From assembly GCF_000687875.1 (NCBI RefSeq), contig NZ_JHYG01000009.1, positions 33,634-57,633 on the forward strand: a stretch of DNA of 24,000 bases, given 5' to 3'. The notes under the pieces were generated by a model that saw only the letters and a program-made list of their open reading frames with translations, was not told where the DNA came from and ran no database searches. The stretch's first letter is position 1; each line of letters begins with the position of its first letter. Source of the stretch: Acidocella facilis ATCC 35904 (GTDB taxonomy: Bacteria; Pseudomonadota; Alphaproteobacteria; Acetobacterales; Acetobacteraceae). The position numbers and the translations under genes were made by a program. Shown here piece after piece: positions 1-6,773 of this stretch.

Positions 1-688
1 CGCGCCGGCGGCGCACGATCGGCGGGTAGGCCGCCAGGAAGGCCTGGCCGACATCGCGGGTGAAGGCGAAATCCGCCGCGACATCGCCACTATCGAGATA
101 ATCATAGAAAATCCCGCCGGCGCCGCGTGGTTCATTGCGATGCGGGAGGTAGAAATATTCATCGCACCAGGCTTTGAATTTTTCATAATAGCCGGGATCG
201 TGCGCATCGCAGGCGGCCTGATAGGCGGCGTGGAAGAAGGCGGCATCCTCGGTGGCTTCCGGCGTGCCGGGCTGCAGCGGGGTGAGATCCCCGCCGCCGC
301 CGAACCAGCCCTTGGCGGTGACGATCATGCGGGTGTTCATATGCACCGCCGGGATTTTCGGGCTGCGCGGATGCACGACCAGCGAAATCCCCGCCGCCCA
401 GAACGCAGCACCTGCCTCGGTGCCGGGAATTTTCGCGGCGAAATCCGGGCTCAGCGTGCCATCCACCACCGAGATATTCACCCCGGCCTTCTCGAATACC
501 TGGCCGCGCAGCACGCTCATCGTGCCGCCGCCGCCGCCCGGGCGCTCCCAGCTGGCGCGCTGGAACCGGGCAGCGCCGCCGGCTTCCTGCTCGATCGTCT
601 CGAATTCGGCGCAGATCCGGTCGCGCAGGGCGGCGAACCAGGTGGCGGCGTCCTGTTTCAGGGCGGCATGGGGGGGCGGGCTGGTCAT
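1..688 (-). CDS. hemF: Oxygen-dependent coproporphyrinogen III oxidase, 5' part (3' end runs off the window)
   Basis: Manual minus-strand translation from the ATG at 688-686 gives MTSPPPHAALKQDAATWFAALRDRICAEFE...RPGGGGGTMSVLRGQVFEKAGVNISVV...AGISLVVHPRSPKIPAVHMNTR...GWFGGGGDLTP...HRNEPRGAGGIFYDYL. These are typical HemF motifs. The ORF is missing from the supplied track because it is open at the window edge. Confidence 0.85.
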   Translation of the reverse strand, partial: MTSPPPHAALKQDAATWFAALRDRICAEFETIEQEAGGAARFQRASWERPGGGGGTMSVLRGQVFEKAGVNISVVDGTLSPDFAAKIPGTEAGAAFWAAGISLVVHPRSPKIPAVHMNTRMIVTAKGWFGGGGDLTPLQPGTPEATEDAAFFHAAYQAACDAHDPGYYEKFKAWCDEYFYLPHRNEPRGAGGIFYDYLDSGDVAADFAFTRDVGQAFLAAYPPIVRRRR

Positions 689-797
689 GGCGCCTGCTTA
701 AGCCATGCCCGGCCATCGATCCACACTTGAAATTTTTTCATTGCCTTGCCACGCTGCAACCAAGGGAGGAGACTTAACTCCTCCAGGGAGCGAACAC

Positions 798-1355
798 ATG
801 GCTGAACCAACAGCGGATGCGCTTGCGGCGCATGGGACCGAGACCCGGCGCGACTTCCTGAGGCTTCTGGCCGTGGCGGGCGGCGCCATCGGGGTGGGGG
901 CGATCGCCTGGCCGCTGATCGAAGCGCTGAACCCGGACGCGGCGGGGCTGGAAGCGGCCCGGCCGGTGGTGCTGGTTTCCGATATTGCCGAAAATGCCAC
1001 CAAGACGGTGCAATGGGGCGGGCAGACCATCCTGATCCGCCGGCTGACCGACCAGCAGCTCGCCGCCGCCCAGATTGTGCCGATGAGCGCGCTGGTGGAC
1101 CCGCAGGAGGTCTCCGAACGGGTGGCGCCAGATGATGGGCATATCGTCGTGGTGATCGGCATGAATACCGGCGCGCCCTGCGCCTTGCAGGGGAGTGCGC
1201 CGGGCGATCCGCGTGGCGATTATGGCGGCTGGGTCAGCCCCTGCGATGGCAGCGAATATGACGCGCTGGGGCGGGTGCGGGCCGGGCCGGCGCCGCGAAA
1301 CCTGGCCATCCCGCGCTTTCGCTTCATCGATAAACACCAACTCCAGCTGGGTTAG
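798..1355 (+). CDS. petA: Rieske-fold ubiquinol-cytochrome c reductase iron-sulfur subunit homolog (PetA-like) lacking all four 2Fe-2S ligands
   Basis: The ATG at 798 is preceded by GGGAG 8 nt upstream. A Tat-like motif (TRRDFL) is followed by a TM helix. The C-terminus aligns colinearly to canonical PetA (GGWxxPCxGSxYDxxGRxRxGPAPRNLxIP). Box I reads NTGAPC instead of CTHLGC, and box II reads SPCDGS instead of CPCHGS. Confidence 0.8.
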   Translation: MAEPTADALAAHGTETRRDFLRLLAVAGGAIGVGAIAWPLIEALNPDAAGLEAARPVVLVSDIAENATKTVQWGGQTILIRRLTDQQLAAAQIVPMSALVDPQEVSERVAPDDGHIVVVIGMNTGAPCALQGSAPGDPRGDYGGWVSPCDGSEYDALGRVRAGPAPRNLAIPRFRFIDKHQLQLG

Positions 1356-1364
1356 GACGCGCCA

Positions 1365-2423
1365 ATGCAATCGGAGGCGAAACAGGGCGTTGCCTGCCCC
1401 TATCTGATCAAGGATCGCGCGCCGGGCGGGGCCTGGCATGCGACCTTGCCAACGCTGCTGGGGGCGCTGCTGGCGCTGCTGCTGGCCTCGGGCGCGGTGC
1501 TGGCGGTGTATTATAATCCGCGCGACGCCTATGGCGCGGTGCAGATGATCAATCGCGAGGTGAATGGCGGCTGGCTGGTGCTGGGCTACCATAATACCGG
1601 CGCGTCTTTGGCGTTTCTGGCGCTATATGCGCAGCTGTTCCGGCTGTTGCTGACCCGCGGCTACCGTGGCCCGGCGCGGTTTGCCTGGATGCTCTGGGTG
1701 AAGCTGCTGGCGGTGCTGCTGCTCTCCGGCTGGCTGGGCTTCGTGCTGCAGGGCGGGGCAGGGGGCGCGCTCTCGCTCACCCATGCCAGCGATGCCGCGC
1801 TGACCCTGCCGGGCTTTCCCGGCGCGGTGGCGCTGTGGATTTTCGGTGGCCCGTCCGGCCCCGGCACGTTGGCTCGGCTGCTGGTGTTCCATGTGCTGCT
1901 GGCGGCTTGCCCGGTTTGGGTGATCTGCTGGGCGCGCTGCGCGGCACGGCGGGCGCGGCCGGCGCCGGAGGGCCGGGCGGTGGCGTTCTGGCCGGTCTAT
2001 GCGTCGCAATATTTCGCGGCCTTGGCGGCGCTGGCGCTGTTCTTCACGCTGCTGCTGGCCTTCGCCCCGCATTGGGGGCAGAGCGCCCAGGCCATGCTGC
2101 CGGGCGATGTGCTGCCGATGGTAATCTCCTATCCCTGGTATTTGCAGCCGGTGGCGCATCTTGCCGGGCTGATCCCGGGCGATGGCGGGGCGATTTTGGT
2201 GGTGATTCTGGCTGCGGCCACGCTTTACGCGCTGCCCTGGCTAGATCGTTCCAACGGCGCCCCACCCGGCCGGCTCTATCGCGGGCTGACGCTGCTGCTG
2301 GGGCTGGATGTGCTGGCTCTGGGCTGGGCCAGCGCGCCGGTGCTGCAGATCATTTTCGGCATCTGGTTTTTCATCCATTTCCTCGTGCTCACCCCCCTCG
2401 TCACCGCCGCGGAGGCCAAATAA
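1365..2423 (+). CDS. petB: Cytochrome b homolog (PetB-like), short (352 aa) and divergent, with two of four heme His ligands substituted
   Basis: Recognisable cytochrome b blocks are present (REVNGGW, YHNTGASLAFLALY, LLVFHVLL, AFWPVY, PWY). It is polytopic and hydrophobic and sits between petA and petC. Its stop overlaps the petC start (TAATG). Confidence 0.75.
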   Translation: MQSEAKQGVACPYLIKDRAPGGAWHATLPTLLGALLALLLASGAVLAVYYNPRDAYGAVQMINREVNGGWLVLGYHNTGASLAFLALYAQLFRLLLTRGYRGPARFAWMLWVKLLAVLLLSGWLGFVLQGGAGGALSLTHASDAALTLPGFPGAVALWIFGGPSGPGTLARLLVFHVLLAACPVWVICWARCAARRARPAPEGRAVAFWPVYASQYFAALAALALFFTLLLAFAPHWGQSAQAMLPGDVLPMVISYPWYLQPVAHLAGLIPGDGGAILVVILAAATLYALPWLDRSNGAPPGRLYRGLTLLLGLDVLALGWASAPVLQIIFGIWFFIHFLVLTPLVTAAEAK

Positions 2424-3115
2424 TGCGCGTTTTGCTGATGTCGGGCTTAGCACTCGGGCTGCTGGCGGGTGGGGCGGCGCAGGCGCAGACCCCGTCTTTC
2501 CCCTCCTCCGGCGCCTTCGGGCATATCGATGATGAAGCCGCCCAGCGCGGGCTGGCGGTGTATCAGGGCGTGTGCGCCAGCTGCCACAGCCTCAACCAGC
2601 TACATTACCGGGATCTTGCGGGAATCGGGCTGGATACGGCGCAGATCGCCGGGCTTGCCAATGCGGTGAAGCTGGCCACCGGCCAGCCCGCCACCCCGGA
2701 TGATGTGTTCAAGGCCCCCGCGGCGATGAGCATGGGCGGGGCGGTGCCGCCGGATCTCTCCAGCATCGTCGCCCAGCGCCGCGATGGCACGCGCTATATT
2801 TACCGCTTCCTCACCGGCTTCGCCCCGGCCCCGGCCGGGGTGACGATGTTGCCAGGGCATTATTACAACCGCGCTTATCCGGGCGGGCAGGTTGCCATGC
2901 CGCCGGTGCTGCGGGACAATGCGGTGACTTACGCGGACGGGACCAAGGCCACACAGGCGCAGGAAGCCGCGGATGTCGCGGAGTTTCTGACATGGGCGTC
3001 CGATCCAAACCTCACCGCCCGGCATGTTCTGGGGATCAGGGCGGGGATCTTCTTCGCCTTCCTGACGCTGGTGGCGCTGGCGACCAAAAGGCGGATCTGG
3101 AAGCAGGAGGGCTGA
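2423..3115 (+). CDS. petC: Cytochrome c1 (PetC), apparently intact
   Basis: The ATG at 2423 overlaps the petB stop. Signal peptide MRVLLMSGLALGLLAGGAAQA is present. The heme motif CASCH lies at 2573-2587. PPDLS, YIY, AMPP (Met ligand) and VTYADGTKAT..DV.EFL.WA..P blocks are conserved, and there is a C-terminal TM anchor. Confidence 0.85.
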   Translation: MRVLLMSGLALGLLAGGAAQAQTPSFPSSGAFGHIDDEAAQRGLAVYQGVCASCHSLNQLHYRDLAGIGLDTAQIAGLANAVKLATGQPATPDDVFKAPAAMSMGGAVPPDLSSIVAQRRDGTRYIYRFLTGFAPAPAGVTMLPGHYYNRAYPGGQVAMPPVLRDNAVTYADGTKATQAQEAADVAEFLTWASDPNLTARHVLGIRAGIFFAFLTLVALATKRRIWKQEG

Positions 3116-3669
3116 GCGGCGTCGCGGCTTCGGCGCGGGCCTGCCGCGTCTGCCATGACATCTTGCCGCTGGGGGCGCGGCCGGTGTTCCGGGTCTCGCC
3201 CACCGCGAAGCTGCTGGTGATCTCGCAGGCGCCGGGCACCAAGGTGCATGCCAGCGGCCTGCCGTTCGACGATGCCTCCGGCGATCGGCTGCGGCATTGG
3301 ATGGGGATTGGCCGGGAGGTTTTCTACGATGAAACCCGGCTGAATTTCATGCCAATGGGCTTCTGCTATCCCGGCCGGCTGCGCAATGGCGGCGATGCCC
3401 CGCCGCGCCCGGAATGCGCGCCGCTCTGGCATGAGGCGCTGTTGCGCCATCTGCCGCAGCTTGAGCTGATCCTGCTGGTCGGCGGCTATGCGCAAAGGCG
3501 CTATCTGGGCAAGGGCAGCATGACGCAGAGGGTGCGCGCGCAGGCGCCGGGGCGGTTTCTGCCGCTGCCGCACCCCTCCTGGCGGACCACCGGGTGGGAG
3601 AAGAAAAACCCTTGGTTTGGTGAGGAGATTTTGCCGAAATTGCGGGCGGAGGTGGCGCGGCTGACGTGA
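2992..3669 (+). CDS. Uracil-DNA glycosylase superfamily protein (start uncertain)
   Basis: Motifs ISQAPG (motif A-like) and HPSWRT (motif B-like) are present, with a CRVC near the N-terminus. The only in-frame ATG (2992) overlaps petC by 124 nt. A CTG at 3112 overlaps the petC stop (CTGA). A TTG at 3163 is a further option. Confidence 0.6.
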   Translation: MGVRSKPHRPACSGDQGGDLLRLPDAGGAGDQKADLEAGGLSGVAASARACRVCHDILPLGARPVFRVSPTAKLLVISQAPGTKVHASGLPFDDASGDRLRHWMGIGREVFYDETRLNFMPMGFCYPGRLRNGGDAPPRPECAPLWHEALLRHLPQLELILLVGGYAQRRYLGKGSMTQRVRAQAPGRFLPLPHPSWRTTGWEKKNPWFGEEILPKLRAEVARLT

Positions 3670-3750
3670 TCGTCATCATCGCGCCGGGTTGAATTTTCGC
3701 CGGGCTGCCCAAGCTGTTGCAACATAGATGTTACAGCGAAGGAGGCGCGG

Positions 3751-4440
3751 ATGGTTCCGGCCTGGCTCAATGATCTGGCGATGCTGTCCCTGGCCGCCGC
3801 GTTCATCAGTGCGCTGATTATTTTGTGGGATCTGCGTGCCCGCCCGCAGGCGATGGCGGTGATGAACCCGGTCTGGCCGGTCACCGCCTTATATTTCGGG
3901 CCGCTCGGGCTCTGGGCCTATTGGCGGCTGGGGCACGCGGCGCCGGCATCGCATCACGCGCATAATCACCATCATCATCACGGCGATGACAAACCGTTCT
4001 GGGTGCAGGTCTTCGCCGGCACCACCCATTGCGGGGCGGGCTGCACGCTGGGCGATATTGTCGCGGAATTTCTGGTGTTTTTCTCAGGGCTGGCGATCGC
4101 CGGCTCGGTGTTCGCGGGGCAACTGGTGCTGGATTATGCCTTCGCCTTCCTGCTCGGCATCGTCTTTCAATATTATTCCATCGTGCCGATGCGCGGGCTG
4201 CAGCCGGCCGAGGGCATCAAGGCGGCGGTGAAGGCGGATTTCTGGTCGCTCACCGCCTTCGAGGTCGGGCTGTTCGCCTGGATGGCGCTCACCCGCTTCG
4301 TGTTTTTCGGCCCCAGCCTGCAGCCGGACAGCGCCACCTACTGGTTCATGATGCAGATCGGCATGATCATCGGCTTCGCCACGGCGTTTCCGATGAACTG
4401 GCTGCTGATCAAATCCGGGGTGAAGGAGCCCTGCATGTAG
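3751..4440 (+). CDS. DUF4396-like integral membrane protein with a His-rich loop
   Basis: AGGAGG lies upstream of the ATG at 3751. The protein has multiple TM helices, the motif THCGAGCTLGD, and the loop HHAHNHHHHHGDD. Confidence 0.7.
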   Translation: MVPAWLNDLAMLSLAAAFISALIILWDLRARPQAMAVMNPVWPVTALYFGPLGLWAYWRLGHAAPASHHAHNHHHHHGDDKPFWVQVFAGTTHCGAGCTLGDIVAEFLVFFSGLAIAGSVFAGQLVLDYAFAFLLGIVFQYYSIVPMRGLQPAEGIKAAVKADFWSLTAFEVGLFAWMALTRFVFFGPSLQPDSATYWFMMQIGMIIGFATAFPMNWLLIKSGVKEPCM

Positions 4441-4447
4441 GCGCGTG

Positions 4448-4553
4448 TTAGAGCAATATGTGTTTAGGTTGACGCGCCAGCGTCAAGAAAAACACATGAA
4501 ATTGCTCGCTAAAACAAAACTTAGAGCATCAAGCTAAAAGCTTGATGCTCTAG
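4448..4553 (-). mobile_element. MITE-like TA-flanked dual-hairpin repeat, copy 1 (strand given as the orientation in which the terminator hairpin comes first)
   Basis: It is 103/106 identical to the reverse complement of 13605-13710. It has a perfect 14-bp stem (4522-4535 / 4539-4552, loop AAA), followed on the minus strand by GTTTTGTTTT. It also has a long imperfect hairpin at 4451-4507 with apex TTGACGC-GCCA-GCGTCAA. The GAGCA..TGCTC termini are flanked by TA on both sides. Confidence 0.8.
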
Positions 4554-5227
4554 CCGCGCAGCTCTTTCAGTGATTTGATCGCATTGCCCTGCGCATCGAA
4601 ATTCGCCTCATCCAGCCAGGCGAGAATCGCATCGCGCTGTTGCGGCCATTCATGCCCGAGCATCGCATACATCGCGGTGTCGCGCTCGCGCCCCTTCACC
4701 ACCATATGCGCGCGCAGCGTGCCCTCATAGGAAAAGCCCAGGCGCAGCGCGGCACGTTTGGAAGGCTCGTTGAGCGCGTTGCATTTCCAGACCAGCCGGC
4801 GATAGCCGAGATCCTCCGCCGCGTGGCGCAGCATCAGGAACATCGCCTCGGTCGCGGCACGGGTGCGGCGCAGCTCCGGGCCCAACCAGATATTGCCGAG
4901 CTCGATGGCGGCATTCTTTGGCTCGATATTCATCAGCGACAGAAAGCCGGAGACACGGCCGATGGTGGTCGGCCGCACCGCCCAGAAGGCGGCCAGCGGG
5001 TCGGCGTAAAAGCCGGCAATCAGCGCTTCCACCTCGGCCACACTCTTCCACGGGCCGAAGGACATATAGGTGAAACTGTCCTCGGCGAATTGCGAGGCCT
5101 CGAACAGTTCCAGCGCATGGCGGCGGGTGAGTGGCTCCAGGCTGACGCGCGCGCCCAGAAATTTCTGCCGGGCGGGCAGCGGGCGCGGCCAGGTATCGAC
5201 CTCGGGGCCGAGGGGAAGCTTGGTCAT
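4550..5227 (-). CDS. GNAT family N-acetyltransferase (RimJ/RimL-like)
   Basis: The 225-aa ORF shows a GNAT core pattern (IELGNIWLGPELRRTRAATEAMFLMLRHAAEDLGYRRLVWKCNALNEPSKRAALRLGFSYEG). It lies 3 nt downstream of hldE on the same strand. Confidence 0.75.
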   Translation of the reverse strand: MTKLPLGPEVDTWPRPLPARQKFLGARVSLEPLTRRHALELFEASQFAEDSFTYMSFGPWKSVAEVEALIAGFYADPLAAFWAVRPTTIGRVSGFLSLMNIEPKNAAIELGNIWLGPELRRTRAATEAMFLMLRHAAEDLGYRRLVWKCNALNEPSKRAALRLGFSYEGTLRAHMVVKGRERDTAMYAMLGHEWPQQRDAILAWLDEANFDAQGNAIKSLKELRG

Positions 5228-5230
5228 GGC

Positions 5231-6706
5231 TCAGCCCCTCAGCCGGGCGAGGGTGGCGGTGGTGGAATGGCCGGGCAGCAGCTGGGCCAGCGCTACACTG
5301 CCGCCCCAGCTCTCCACCAGATCCGCGCCGACGACGGTTTCGCGGGTATAATCCGCGCCCTTGATCAGCACGTCCGGCTTGATCAGCTTGATCAGCTCGA
5401 TCGGGGTATCTTCCTCGAACAGACAGACCAGATCGACCGAGGCGAGCGAGGCTAGCACGGCGGCGCGGGCCGCCTCGCCCTGGGCCGGGCGGGTCGGGCC
5501 TTTCAGGCGCTGCACCGAGGCATCGGCATTGATGCCGACGATCAGCCGGTCGCACATCGCCCGGCATTGCTCCAGCAGATGCACATGGCCCGGATGCAGC
5601 AGATCAAAACAGCCATTGGTAAAGCCGACCTTATAGCCGCGCAGGCGCCAGCGCTCGGCCATCTCGGCGGCGGCGGACGGGGTGACGATTTTCTGCAGCG
5701 CCCCGGTGGCGGGGGCGATATGGGCGAGAAGATCCGCCGGGCGGGCGACAGCGGTGCCGACCTTGGCGACGACGATGCCGCCGGCGATATTGGCCAGCCT
5801 TGCAGCCTCCACCAGCGGCACCTCGGCGGCGATGCAGGCGGCCAGGGCCGCCACCACCGTATCCCCGGCGCCGGAGACGTCGTAGACTTCCCGCGCCTCG
5901 CCGGGGAAATGATGCACCTCCTCGGCGGTGATCAGGCTCATCCCGTCCTCGGAGCGCGTCACCAGCACCGCGCCGAAGCCATACCAGGCGAGCAGCGCCT
6001 TGGCGGCGGTGACGATCTGCGCCTCGCTCTCCACCGGCATGTTGGTGGCCTCGGCCAGTTCCTTGCGGTTGGGGGTGAGGATGTCCGCGCCCTTATAACG
6101 GGCATAGTCGCGGCCCTTGGGGTCGACGATGATCTTGCGCCCGAGTTTTTGCGCGCCTTCGATCAGGGCGGCGCAGACCGGGGCGCTGAGCACACCTTTA
6201 TTATAGTCCGAGAGCACGGTGACAGTCGTGGCCGCCATCGCATCCAGGGCGATCTTCAGCAGCCGCTCGCAGAGCTTCTCCGGCAGGGCGATGCGCTCCT
6301 CGCGGTCGGCGCGGATCAGATGCTGGCCTTGCGCGATATAGCGGGTCTTCATCGTCGTGGTGCGGCCATTCTGCACCAGCAGCCAGGGTTCCACGCGCTC
6401 CTGCCCGCCGATCAGCCCGGTCAGGTCCGAGCCGGCCTGGTCATCGCCGACGACCGAGACGAAGGCCGCCGAGGCGTCGAGCGCGATCAAATTGCGCACC
6501 ACATTCCCAGCCCCGCCCGGCATCGCCACCTCGCGGGTGACGGTGAGGATGGGCACCGGCGCTTCCGGGCTCACCCGGGTCACTTCGCCATAGGTGTAAC
6601 GGTCGAGCATCGCGTCGCCCACCACGAGCACGCTGGCGCGGGCGAGTTTCTTCACATAGGCGCCGAGGTCGGCGCAGGAGGGGGCGGCAGAGGAGTCGTT
6701 GGCCAT
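5231..6706 (-). CDS. hldE: Bifunctional D-glycero-beta-D-manno-heptose-7-phosphate kinase / heptose-1-phosphate adenylyltransferase
   Basis: The 491-aa protein has an N-terminal ribokinase-like domain (GGAGNV, GAGDT). The C-terminal cytidylyltransferase domain carries the motif FTNGCFDLLHPGH. Confidence 0.9.
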   Translation of the reverse strand: MANDSSAAPSCADLGAYVKKLARASVLVVGDAMLDRYTYGEVTRVSPEAPVPILTVTREVAMPGGAGNVVRNLIALDASAAFVSVVGDDQAGSDLTGLIGGQERVEPWLLVQNGRTTTMKTRYIAQGQHLIRADREERIALPEKLCERLLKIALDAMAATTVTVLSDYNKGVLSAPVCAALIEGAQKLGRKIIVDPKGRDYARYKGADILTPNRKELAEATNMPVESEAQIVTAAKALLAWYGFGAVLVTRSEDGMSLITAEEVHHFPGEAREVYDVSGAGDTVVAALAACIAAEVPLVEAARLANIAGGIVVAKVGTAVARPADLLAHIAPATGALQKIVTPSAAAEMAERWRLRGYKVGFTNGCFDLLHPGHVHLLEQCRAMCDRLIVGINADASVQRLKGPTRPAQGEAARAAVLASLASVDLVCLFEEDTPIELIKLIKPDVLIKGADYTRETVVGADLVESWGGSVALAQLLPGHSTTATLARLRG

Positions 6707-6773
6707 GGGAAACCGCTAACCCTCTCCCGGGCTTGTGGCAACGGGGCGAAAACATGCTTATTTGGGACACATC

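Noticed and set aside
774-1592. 272-aa minus-strand ORF over petA/petB, and similar shadow ORFs (13707-14711, 14683-15657, 16688-17899, 7493-8629, 11130-12038)
   Set aside because: All are antisense to genes with clear family signatures, so they are shadow ORFs expected at this GC content.
4460-4490. TTGACG hexamers on both strands at the apex of the repeat element, as outward-facing -35 promoters
   Set aside because: No acceptable -10 hexamer lies at 16-19 nt spacing in either direction. In copy 2, upstream of the SDR gene, the spacing gives CACATA or CATATT only at 18-20 nt.
4550-4566. The idea that the repeat element encodes the shared ELRG-stop C-termini of the GNAT and LOG proteins
   Set aside because: The TA flanks place the element boundary at the stop codon. 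Excision reconstructs GGC-TAA in both genes, so only the third base of the stop comes from the element. The shared flank is kept as an open observation only.
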